NCBI GenBank assembly: GCA_019313725.1 | Contig: JAFDAT010000001.1 | Coordinates: forward strand, 1-41,520 | Direction: 5' to 3' | Length of the DNA stretch: 41,520 nucleotides | Source: Deltaproteobacteria bacterium | GTDB lineage: Bacteria; Desulfobacterota; Desulfobacteria; Desulfobacterales; B30-G6 | In this document: positions 26,604 to 36,160 of the stretch, piece by piece | Layout: each line of letters starts with the position of its first letter | Numbering within the stretch: the stretch's first letter is position 1 | The notes under the pieces: model-generated | The model's input: the letters and a program-made list of their open reading frames with translations, nothing else | Database searches by the model: none | Told to the model about the DNA's origin: nothing | Position numbers and translations under genes: made by a program

Positions 26604-28091
26604 ATGAAACGCAGATTGAAAGCTGGTAAAAACCGCAATTCAGGCTTCAGCCTGAACGTCATGACCGATGATGAGGTTCATGAAGTTCACATGGGCACCC
26701 TGGAAGTGTTGAAGGATGTGGGTATCTTCGTGGAAAGCACGGAAGCCCTAGAGCGTTTTGATGCTGGGGGGTGCGAGGTCGATAAAAAGAACAAGGTGGT
26801 CAAATTCCCCCACTGGGTGGTCGAGGATGCCATTAACGCCGCCCCCGGCGCATATCATGCCTGCGGGCGCAGACCCGAAGACGATGTGCTTCTGGAGGAC
26901 AATCGGGTGACCTTTACCAATTTCGGCGAAGGCATCATGTTCGTGGACCCCTACACCGGGGAACACAGGGAGACAACCAAAGATGATATCGTTAAGGCGT
27001 CCAGAATTATCGATTCCCTGGAAAATATCGAAACCTACGAGCGGGCCATGTGCTCCCACGACAAACCGCCGGAATCCCAGGCCCTGCACAATGCCGAAGC
27101 ATCGCTGACCAACACAACCAAACACCACTGGTTGTGCCCGGTGGACCGTTTTCAGGCCAAGAAAATAACGGAGATGTGCGCCGCCATCGTCGGGGGCAGA
27201 GACGTACTCAAAAAAAGACCGTTGCTCTCTTTTACCACCTGTCCCATCAGCCCCTTGAAACTCCCGGCCCACCATTGCGAAATCGTTATGGAGGCGGCTG
27301 AGAGCTACATGGGGCTCAATGTGGTCGGCATGGCCATGTCGGCGGGCTCCGGCCCGGTACACCTGGCCGGCACGGTGATCATCCAGAATTGCGAGGTTTT
27401 GTCGAGCCTGGTCCTGGCGCAGTTGACCCGCAAGGGAGCACAATTCATCTACGGCAGCTCCACGTGTCCTTTGGATCTGCGCATGGCCACGGCCAGTGTG
27501 GGATCACCCGAGACCGGCATGATCAGCGCGGCGGTAGCACGGCTGGCCCGTTACTACAGCCTGCCCTGCTTCGTCGCCGGTGGGTAGGGCGACAGCAAGC
27601 TGACCGATGCCCAGGCGGGTTTCGAAAAAACCATGACCGGCATGCTTCCCGCATTGGCAGGCGCCAATGTCATCTACGGATTGGGAATGCTGGAAATGGG
27701 CATCACCTTCGACCTGGCACAGCTGGTGTGGGATCACGAAATCGCTGAGATGATTCTGTACGCCATGAAAGGGGTTCCGGTAAACGATACCACCCTTGCC
27801 GTCGATGTCATCAAGGAGATGGGCATCGGCAAGGATTATCTGTCGCATCCCACCACCTTCGAGCACATGCGCTCTCAGTCCCAGGCCCGGCTGATCGACC
27901 GCAGAATGCGCGAAGACTGGGAGGCTGCCGGCAGCACGGATGCCTACAAGCGCTCCCACGACAAGATGATCGACATTCTGGAAACCTATGAACCGCCCAA
28001 GCTTCCGGACGATGTCTTGAAGAACGTCCGTTCCATCGTAGTTGAGGCTGAGAAGGAGTTGGGTGTATATAGCGAAGATAATGAGGAATAA
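26604..28091 (+). CDS. mttB: Pyrrolysine-containing trimethylamine:corrinoid methyltransferase (MttB); in-frame TAG at 27585-27587; 495 aa
   Basis: ORFs 26604-27587 and 27633-28091 are in the same frame, separated only by one TAG in the context LPCFVAGG-O-GDSKLTDAQAGFEKT, the canonical Pyl position; GSPE motif; AGGAGG RBS. Confidence 0.92.
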
Positions 28092-28265
28092 GCAGATAAT
28101 GACATTGACATTTTCACAGGGGCATTGTAAAAATTTTACTTCATCCCCAGAAACAATTATTCACGTCCTGAGGAATTAACTGCTTCATCAGGAAATGGTG
28201 AATAGTTCGGGTAAAAACCAGTTACATCATCAACTTACATACTCACAAACAGCAAGGAGGAAATC

Positions 28266-29522
28266 ATGCGGGCAAAAAAATTAAACCTATGTGTAGCCAT
28301 TGCAGTTTCACTGATCTTTCTTTTTTCCACGGGCGCACTCGCGGCATCAACGCTTAAACTCGGCGTCATGGGTCCCTTCACCGGTCCATCGGCAAAAACC
28401 GGCGCTGAATTCAAGGGGTCTGTCAAAATGGCCATGGAAAACATCGATTACAAAATCGGTGATTACAAGATAGAACTCGTCTGGATTGACTCCCAGTCAG
28501 ATCCCGCAAAGGCTACAAGCGCCTATGCAGAGGCGGTGGAATCAAAAGGTGTCCAGGTTGCCATGCTGAACTGGCACAGTTCGGTCGCAGCGGCGGTAAT
28601 GGATATAGCGGCCCAGTACAAGGTGCAGCATGTGTTCGGAATGGGCGCGGCTGAGATCGTCAACGAAAAGTACAAATCAGACCCTGAAAAGTACAGTTAC
28701 TGGGCTGCCAAGGGATGGCCAATTCCCGGCGACCTTATCCCGGGTTATGTGGAGAGTGTCAACGCAGCCGTTGCCAGCGGTAAATTCAAACCTGGAAAAA
28801 AAGTAGTCGCCATTTACGGCGAAGAGACCGACTGGGGCCGAAGCGTGGGAGCAGCATTCAAAAAGGGTTTCGAGGCTACCGGATGGAAGATTCTTTCCGA
28901 AGACTACTTCCCCTTCACCCAGACCGATCACTATTCTCTTCTGAGCAAATACAAGAAAGGCGGGGCTGCCGTTCTGGCCGGAACATCCACATCCGCACCT
29001 TCCATCTCGGGTTTTATTAAACAGGCCGATGAGATTGGACTTAAAGCCGTAATCGTTGCCGACGGTCTGGGCTGGAATGCCGACTGGTACAAGATGACCG
29101 GCAATGCTTCAAACCACGTGTTGGACATGATCCCCCGGCTTACCACAAAGGCCGCCCAGGATTGGGCCAAAGCGATAAAGGCTAAATTCGGATACAACCC
29201 GAGTCCTTCGGCATCCGGCCTGTCATACGATTACGCCAATTTCTTCATCAAACTTGCCAAAAGAGCCCTTGAAAAACATGGGAAACTCGACAAGGATTCC
29301 ATCCACGAGGTCGTCATTAGCGAACTCAATACCGGCAAACTGACCTACGGCAAGGCGGACGGCGCCCTTATCATGAATGAGTACAGATATTCAGCGAAAT
29401 CCATACCCGATCCCGTCATTGCCGCGGACGGTTACTTCTTTCCCGTTCTTCAATACATGAACGGAGACAGCAACATCATCTATCCTGATGACTGGAAAAC
29501 AGCCAATTTTTCGGCTAAAGAA
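28266..29522 (+). CDS. Branched-chain amino acid-type ABC transporter substrate-binding protein (LivK/LivJ-like); stop apparently lost, so it reads into the ATPase
   Basis: Signal peptide ending ALA; LGVMGPFTGPSA, DSQSDP and DWGR motifs; the end coordinate is inferred (GAA at 29520-29522 after FSAK). Confidence 0.8.
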
Positions 29523-29546
29523 AGACGGTATCATTTAGTAAAAACG

Positions 29547-29572
29547 GTGAGGTCGACCGTAGTCGGCCTCAC
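29547..29572 (+). other. Intergenic stem-loop between the substrate-binding and ATPase genes
   Basis: GTGAGGTCGAC-CGTA-GTCGGCCTCAC, 11-bp stem with one G-U pair. Confidence 0.6.
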
Positions 29573-29702
29573 AGTCAACCATCCCGAAGGAATAAATAAC
29601 CAGCGGTTAAGCGCACGTGTCAACGCCTGGGAACAGATGCGATTATCTTTTCCTATCGGAAAACACAACACACCAAATCACCAAACGGACAGGTGGTTCC
29701 AA

Positions 29703-30425
29703 ATGACTGTAGTGTTAGAAACCAACGAAGTGACCAAACGGTTCGGGGGACTGGTGGCGGTCAACGCTGTCTCCATGCGGGTCAGACAGGGCGAGATCGT
29801 CGGACTGATCGGGCCCAATGGGGCTGGGAAGACAACCCTTCTCAACGCCATAGCAGGTCTCAATCCACCAACATCCGGAACAGTCCGGATGTTCGATGAG
29901 GATACAACCGGCCTGCCGCCGGAAAAAATGTGCCGGAGGGGACTTTCAAGGACCTTCCAGATCCCGCGACCCTTTCCGAAAATGTCGGTTCTTGAAAATA
30001 TCATGACAGCGGCCACCTTCGGCAATAAAAAAAAGCTGCCCGACATTACCGGACACTGCAGGGAACTGATGGAATTTGTGGAATTCCCTCTGGCGGAAAC
30101 CGTCATTTCGGAAAACCTCAACACGGTACAACTGAAACGGCTCGACCTTGCAAGAGCCCTGGCAAGTTCTCCGAAACTACTGTTTCTCGATGAACTTGCG
30201 GCTGGCTTAACTGAGGGTGAGCTGAACGATATCATCAAAATAATAAAAAAAATTCATGACAGGGACATCTCCATTTTGATGGTCGAGCACATTATGCACC
30301 TTATCATGAGTGTATGCGATCGGCTCGTCTGCATCCAGTTTGGAATAAAAATCGCCGAGGGGCCCACCCAGGAGGTGGCAAACGACCCCAAGGTGTCCGA
30401 GGCCTATCTAGGCTCGAGCCATTGA
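29703..30425 (+). CDS. ABC transporter ATP-binding protein (LivG-like)
   Basis: KRFGGLVAV, GPNGAGKTT, RTFQ, LDE and EH motifs; own AGGTGG RBS. Confidence 0.9.
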   Translation: MTVVLETNEVTKRFGGLVAVNAVSMRVRQGEIVGLIGPNGAGKTTLLNAIAGLNPPTSGTVRMFDEDTTGLPPEKMCRRGLSRTFQIPRPFPKMSVLENIMTAATFGNKKKLPDITGHCRELMEFVEFPLAETVISENLNTVQLKRLDLARALASSPKLLFLDELAAGLTEGELNDIIKIIKKIHDRDISILMVEHIMHLIMSVCDRLVCIQFGIKIAEGPTQEVANDPKVSEAYLGSSH

Positions 30426-30485
30426 AATGTATGATAGGTGCAGGGAGTATACTCCCTTATCATCCTTTATCATCCGGAGGATAGA

Positions 30486-31193
30486 ATGCTGCTGGAAGTA
30501 AAAAATATCAACGCCGGCTACGGATTTCTGCAGATCTTAAGAGATGTATCGTTCAATATCGACCAGGGCGAATACGCCTGTGTAATAGGGCCGAACGGTG
30601 CCGGAAAAAGCACAACAATGAAAACCATAGCAGGACTTTTGAGCCCCATGAGCGGCGAGATAATTTTCAACGGTAAAAACATTGCCGGGCTACCGGGCAA
30701 CCAGGTCGCCCGGCTAGGGATAGGCTACATTTCAGAAGATATGAATCTCTTTACCAACATGACCGTTCAAGAAAACCTTTACATGGGCGCGTATGTGATC
30801 AAAGAGAAGGCTCTTAAGAACGACAGGCTCGATTTCGTATACAACCTCTTTACCCGGCTGAAAAATCGCAAAGACCAGTTAGCCGGAACAATGAGCGGCG
30901 GAGAGCGCAAGATGCTGGCCATCGGCAGGGGTCTTATGGCAAACCCGAAACTCCTTCTGGTAGACGAACCGTCATTCGGACTGGCACCACAGCTGATGGA
31001 AAACGTTTTTGACAATCTCGACATTTTAAAAGAGGCTGGTGTTACCATTCTCCTGGTGGAGCAGAATGTGACCAAAGCGCTGCAGGTTACCACGAGGGGT
31101 TATGTGATGGAAAACGGGAAAATCTTCATGAAGGGGCTGAGTTCGGATCTTGCAGATGACCCCCATGTAAGAAAAGTTTTTCTAGGGGTTTAA
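30486..31193 (+). CDS. ABC transporter ATP-binding protein (LivF-like)
   Basis: GPNGAGKST, MSGGE, DEPSFGLAP and LVEQN; GGAGG RBS. Confidence 0.92.
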   Translation: MLLEVKNINAGYGFLQILRDVSFNIDQGEYACVIGPNGAGKSTTMKTIAGLLSPMSGEIIFNGKNIAGLPGNQVARLGIGYISEDMNLFTNMTVQENLYMGAYVIKEKALKNDRLDFVYNLFTRLKNRKDQLAGTMSGGERKMLAIGRGLMANPKLLLVDEPSFGLAPQLMENVFDNLDILKEAGVTILLVEQNVTKALQVTTRGYVMENGKIFMKGLSSDLADDPHVRKVFLGV

Positions 31194-31218
31194 GAAAAAT
31201 GGCGGAGGGCTTTTTGTT

Positions 31219-32247
31219 ATGACAGAGTCGAAAACCGGGACCGTTATTGTATGGATGAAATCAGCCGGAGGAATAACGGTCACCCTATCAATCTTAATTG
31301 CGATCATCGCCGGCATAGACAGCGGACCGTACATCATCGTCAACACGATCGTAACCGGTGGCATGCTTGCCCTGGTAGCCTTGGGGCTGGCGTTGATATT
31401 CGGTGTTATGAATATTCCCATGTTCGCCCATGGCGAATTTTTTATGATCGGATCATTGACGGCATACTATATATTTACACCTTTGGCTGAATATTTAAAC
31501 ACCAGTCCCAACAGTCTCCTGGCGGCAACCGCACCGCTTATTGCTATTTTGGGTGCAATGATTGTGGGGGCCGTGGCAGGACTTTTGTGTGAACTGCTTA
31601 TCTTTTCCCAGCTTCGCAAAAGGAGCCGTGAAAACTGGGTAATGAATTCATTTCTGCTCACCGTGGGTCTATCGGTTGTTCTGATCAACGCCCACCAGCT
31701 CCTTTTCGGAACGGAGTTCAAGGGGATTGTCCGGTACTGGGGGGGCAGACCCACGGAAATAATGGGGGCATTTGTATCCCGGGACAGAATACTGGTCTTT
31801 GTGCTTGCCATGGTTGTTGTCGGTGTTTTCTGGCTATTTATGAAATACACCAGTACCGGGCGGGCAATTCGAGCAGTATCTCAGGATCAAACAGGTGCGC
31901 TGATGGTAGGAATAAACATAAACGGCATCCTCCTGCTCACCATGGCTTTGGGATGCGCACTCTCCGCCATTGCCGGAGCAGGCCTTCTCTTTCTTTACCC
32001 CTCTTACCCCGCCGTGGGGCTGGAGCCGCTATATCTGGCCTGGTTTGTGGTCATCCTGGTGGGGCTCGGGAACACGGCATTTGCCCTTGTGGGAGGATTC
32101 ATCGTTGCCCTTATAAAAGCGCTGACTGTTGAATATATCGGCGCCGGATGGGATTTCGTGATTCCATCGCTCTTGATTACCGTTGTCCTGGTCTTCAAAC
32201 CGAGCGGACTTTTCGGTTCTGAAGTCAGAGGTGTTCTTGATTTATAG
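31219..32247 (+). CDS. Branched-chain amino acid ABC permease (LivH-like)
   Basis: ALGLALIFGVM..FAHGEF, GRAIRAVSQD and KPSGLFG motifs. Confidence 0.9.
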   Translation: MTESKTGTVIVWMKSAGGITVTLSILIAIIAGIDSGPYIIVNTIVTGGMLALVALGLALIFGVMNIPMFAHGEFFMIGSLTAYYIFTPLAEYLNTSPNSLLAATAPLIAILGAMIVGAVAGLLCELLIFSQLRKRSRENWVMNSFLLTVGLSVVLINAHQLLFGTEFKGIVRYWGGRPTEIMGAFVSRDRILVFVLAMVVVGVFWLFMKYTSTGRAIRAVSQDQTGALMVGININGILLLTMALGCALSAIAGAGLLFLYPSYPAVGLEPLYLAWFVVILVGLGNTAFALVGGFIVALIKALTVEYIGAGWDFVIPSLLITVVLVFKPSGLFGSEVRGVLDL

Positions 32248-32267
32248 GTCTCTCTAAGGATGGTTAA

Positions 32268-33299
32268 ATGAAAACAAACGACTCTAATATGGAATCAGGA
32301 TTGGCAGACAGGATCATGGACAGGCTTTGTCTCACACCGGCAGCGGTTGCCGGAATTATTTTGCTGTTTGTCATTCCTTTTATCCCGCCCTTCAACCAGC
32401 AATACATGATCCGGTGGCTGGTCGCCGCTGCTCTCATAGGCGCCAATGCAATTGCATTTGACTTTACCATCGGCTTTATCAACATTGTAAATTTCGGATA
32501 CTACGCCTTTCTCGGCTTCGGTGGTTACACTTCGGCTATCCTTGCGGTAAACCTGGGACTGTCGCCATGGATCGGCATGATTATCGGTGCCCTCTTTTCA
32601 GGCGTCCTTGGATTGCTGACCGGATTGCTGACCCTGCGCCTCAGAGGGATATTCGCCGCCTGTATGACGTGGTTTCTGGGCCTGGCCATGATGGGGTTGA
32701 TCACAAAAATGGTGTGGCTCACACGCGGCCCACTGGGACTGCGGTGCCCCCAGTTATTCGAAACGTCATCCAATCTCCCGTACTACTACCTGATTTTGTC
32801 CCTGTTAATTGTCATCTATATCTCTACCAAGTGGGTGACAAGATCCAACATGGGTCTGGCTTTCAAGGCTATCGGGCAGAACATGGAGGCCGCCAGAACA
32901 TCGGGAATCAATCCTGTTTTCTACAGAATTGTCAACTTTACACTCTCCTGCACCATCGCGGGGTTGCTGGGAGGATTCTATGCCCACTACTACGGGGTTT
33001 TGACCCCTGAACTGCTGCACACTACCAAAACGGTAGAAGTTCTGGCCGTGGCCTATATCGGTGGACGGGGGAGCCTCTGGGGAGGTGCTTTTATTGCCTT
33101 TCCGTTCATTATTACAATGGAGCTCATACGTTCTTCTCTGTCTGAACTACCAGGACTCAACCTGATCATCTACGGTCTCATGCTGATGTTGGTCATGATT
33201 TACTATCCAGGTGGTTTTGCTGAGTTTTTCAACACCTATCTTGCAAAACCAAAAAACCGGTTCCTGCGTTACTTTTTAAGCGGCATCAAGGATTCTTGA
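32268..33299 (+). CDS. Branched-chain amino acid ABC permease (LivM-like)
   Basis: LRLRGIF, LTRGPLG, GLAFKAI and IGGRGSLWG motifs. Confidence 0.9.
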   Translation: MKTNDSNMESGLADRIMDRLCLTPAAVAGIILLFVIPFIPPFNQQYMIRWLVAAALIGANAIAFDFTIGFINIVNFGYYAFLGFGGYTSAILAVNLGLSPWIGMIIGALFSGVLGLLTGLLTLRLRGIFAACMTWFLGLAMMGLITKMVWLTRGPLGLRCPQLFETSSNLPYYYLILSLLIVIYISTKWVTRSNMGLAFKAIGQNMEAARTSGINPVFYRIVNFTLSCTIAGLLGGFYAHYYGVLTPELLHTTKTVEVLAVAYIGGRGSLWGGAFIAFPFIITMELIRSSLSELPGLNLIIYGLMLMLVMIYYPGGFAEFFNTYLAKPKNRFLRYFLSGIKDS

Positions 33300-33384
33300 T
33301 ACCCGCAAGCATAACGGACAATTTAAAAAAATATTCCCGGGACATCGGGATCTATTATCAATGATTCAGCCAAAGGAGTACAAT

Positions 33385-34821
33385 ATGGGTATTACCACCG
33401 ATGAACTTTACTTCAAGCCGAAACTCCGGATACTCAGCGATGATCAACTCAAAAAGATCGAAATGGCCGTTTTTGAAGTGCTCGAACGCACCGGCGTTAA
33501 ACTCACCCATCCCAAGGCACGGGATATCCTCAGCGGGGCCGGTGCAAAAGTGGAGGGTGATCGGATTCGGATACCGGGATGGATGGTGGAAGAGGCTATC
33601 CGCAAGACGCCTTCGCGCCTGGTTCTGGGAAACCGTAAAGGCGAACGTGCCGTGGTTCTGGAAGGCGACAAGAGCTGGTTCGGCCCTAGTCTTGACTGCA
33701 TCGATTACCTGGATCCCGTAACCAACGAACGCATGCGCTTTACCAGCGACCATTGCCGTATTTCGGCCACAGTGGCCGATTACTGCGACAATTTTGACTG
33801 GGTAATGACCATCGGCATGGCTGATGACCAACCTGCCGACATTGCCGACCGGGTCGTTGCCCGTCAGACCATGACCTATTGTGAAAAGCCGCTGGTCGTC
33901 TGCTGCAAGGACACCAACAGCATGCGCGACATCTATGAAATGGCGCTTACCATCTGCGGCGGCAAGGAAAAGTTTGACCAGGCCCCCATCGTGGCCCACT
34001 ATTCTGAACCTATTTCTCCGCTCCTCTACTACGATCCGGCTGTGGACAAGATGATCTATTCCGTGGAAAACGACATCCCCCTGATCAATTTTCCGTGTGT
34101 TCAGTCCAGCGGCACGGCACCAGCCACCCTGGCAGGCGCCATCATTCAGGGGGCGGCCGAATCCATCAGCGGTGCCGTCCTGGCCCAGGCCATCAAGCCT
34201 GGAGCACCCTTTGTTTTCGGTGCTTTTGTGACCGTCATGGACATGAAAACCACCGTGTTTTCCTACGGCGCCAGCGAAATGAGCATCATGGTCGGGGCCC
34301 TGGCCCAATTGGCCCAGCATTGGAACATACCATTCTATGGTACTGCCGGTGCTACGGATGCCAAGTTTCCAGATGCCCAGGCAGCTGCCGAGGCCACCCA
34401 GCAGATCATGACCGCCGCCACCGTCGGATCAGGTCTGGTTCACGACTGCAGCAGCTGGATCGATCACGGCTCGGTGGTTTCGCCGGGTTTTATGGTGCTG
34501 GTCAATGAAATTCTCGGAAACGTCAAGCAGTTTATGAATGGCATGCCGGTAACCGACGACAGCATGGCTCTGGATATCATCGATTCCGTCGGGCCGGGAG
34601 GCAATTACCTGATGGAGCAGCACACCCTGGACAATTTCCGCAATGTTCGCTACTCCACCCTGTTTGAGCGCCAGATCCGGCAGGAATGGGAAGATGCCGG
34701 CTCTCAAACTTTTGAAGACCGGTTAAGGGAGCACACCGAAAAAGCCATGGCCCACACACCGGCACCATTGCCGGATGATGTGGTAAAAGAGCTGGATACC
34801 ATGCAGAAGCACTGGAAATAA
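33385..34821 (+). CDS. Non-pyrrolysine MttB-superfamily methyltransferase
   Basis: EVLERTGV, PISPL, APATLAG, GATDAK and VGPGGNYL; Ala at the Pyl-equivalent site; AAGGAG RBS before ATG 33385. Confidence 0.9.
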   Translation: MGITTDELYFKPKLRILSDDQLKKIEMAVFEVLERTGVKLTHPKARDILSGAGAKVEGDRIRIPGWMVEEAIRKTPSRLVLGNRKGERAVVLEGDKSWFGPSLDCIDYLDPVTNERMRFTSDHCRISATVADYCDNFDWVMTIGMADDQPADIADRVVARQTMTYCEKPLVVCCKDTNSMRDIYEMALTICGGKEKFDQAPIVAHYSEPISPLLYYDPAVDKMIYSVENDIPLINFPCVQSSGTAPATLAGAIIQGAAESISGAVLAQAIKPGAPFVFGAFVTVMDMKTTVFSYGASEMSIMVGALAQLAQHWNIPFYGTAGATDAKFPDAQAAAEATQQIMTAATVGSGLVHDCSSWIDHGSVVSPGFMVLVNEILGNVKQFMNGMPVTDDSMALDIIDSVGPGGNYLMEQHTLDNFRNVRYSTLFERQIRQEWEDAGSQTFEDRLREHTEKAMAHTPAPLPDDVVKELDTMQKHWK

Positions 34822-34860
34822 TAAAAAAGGCCGGGCCACAGGCCCGGCCTTTTTTATTAT
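34818..34860 (+). terminator. Perfect 20-bp inverted repeat, intrinsic terminator (bidirectional form)
   Basis: ATAATAAAAAAGGCCGGGCC-ACA-GGCCCGGCCTTTTTTATTAT. Confidence 0.85.
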
Positions 34861-34875
34861 GGAGGGAGTGGTCGG

Positions 34876-36060
34876 ATGAAAATTACGGCTGTGCGGGCAA
34901 CACCGGTCAACATTCCTTTGGAGGCACCTTTTTACTGGTCGGTGGGAATCTATCCGGGCACCTCCAAGACAATTATTGAAGTCGAAACGGATGAAGGTCT
35001 TGTGGGGCTGGGGGAGTCCCCGTCCTGGGACTGCGCCGAGGTGATCAACCGCCATATGGGCCCCCTGTTGATCGGATGTGACCCCTTTGATATCGTCGGT
35101 TGTGAAAGAAAATGTGTGCCAGAATGGTGCGTAGTCCAGAACACCGACGATGCCTCTGTCGTCAAAGCGTTTGGTGGTATTGAAATAGCGCTTTGGGATA
35201 TTCGTGGCAAGGCCTGGAACAAGCCCTTGTATGCATTGCTCGGGGGAGCCGTGCGCAAGGATATTCCGTTTACGGAATATTTTTGCTACAGGCTCGAAAA
35301 AGACGGGTGCGGGGGTGAAATGACCGCTGAAGCTGTGGCCGATTACTGCCAAAACATGCAGGAGCAACACGGCTCCACCATGTTTGAAGGCAAGTTGAGC
35401 CTCGGTGATCCCTTCCTGGAAACGGCCACGGTCAAACTGCTGCGCGAAAGGCTCGGCGATAAGGCGATGATCCGCCTGGATGCCAATATGTCCTGGTCTC
35501 TATCCACCGCGCGGCAGATTCTTCGGGAAATTGAACCCTATAATATCCGCAACTATGAAGACCCGGTCGCTACTTTTGAGGAAATGGCCCAACTTCGCCG
35601 GCATTCGGCTATCCCCTTTTCAACACACATTCCTGATCTGCGCAGGGCGGTTGCCCTGGGAACGCCCGACAGCATTGTTACCAACTTTGCGGTGCTCGGG
35701 GGAATCCGCCGAACAATACGATTTATCGGCGCATGCGAAACCATGGGTGTCGGATTCTGGTGTTACAGTGGAGATGCCGGGATCTGTACGGCTGCCTATC
35801 TGCACATGGTTGCCACCACCGAATGGATGCACGAGCCCAGCCAGGCCCTCTTGCGCTGGCAGGTCGATGATGTCATCGAGGAGGGTCCGTTCAAACCGGT
35901 CAATAACCATGTTCCGGTGCCTGAAGGACCAGGTTTGGGTGTCACCCTGGCCCCCAAGGCCTTAAAACGCTGTCATGAACGTTTTGTCAACGACGGACCC
36001 ATTAATCACTTTTATGATCCCAATCATCCCGGGCGTATGCGTCGATTGCCCCTTGACTGA
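34876..36060 (+). CDS. Enolase-superfamily (mandelate racemase/glucarate dehydratase-like) enzyme
   Basis: ETDEGLVGLGE, IEIALWDIRGK..LYALLGG, RLDAN, EDP and PEGPGLGV motifs. Confidence 0.9.
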   Translation: MKITAVRATPVNIPLEAPFYWSVGIYPGTSKTIIEVETDEGLVGLGESPSWDCAEVINRHMGPLLIGCDPFDIVGCERKCVPEWCVVQNTDDASVVKAFGGIEIALWDIRGKAWNKPLYALLGGAVRKDIPFTEYFCYRLEKDGCGGEMTAEAVADYCQNMQEQHGSTMFEGKLSLGDPFLETATVKLLRERLGDKAMIRLDANMSWSLSTARQILREIEPYNIRNYEDPVATFEEMAQLRRHSAIPFSTHIPDLRRAVALGTPDSIVTNFAVLGGIRRTIRFIGACETMGVGFWCYSGDAGICTAAYLHMVATTEWMHEPSQALLRWQVDDVIEEGPFKPVNNHVPVPEGPGLGVTLAPKALKRCHERFVNDGPINHFYDPNHPGRMRRLPLD

Positions 36061-36160
36061 TACTTAGACCAAAAACACACAAAGGACACGAAGATTTTTT
36101 CTTAACGTCTTTGTAGTTGTTTTTTTTCATTGACATGCCCCAATAAGGGAGGACAACACC

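Noticed and set aside
27588..27680. PYLIS-like stem-loop downstream of the TAG
   Set aside because: No convincing hairpin by eye, and such an element is not known to be required for Pyl insertion.
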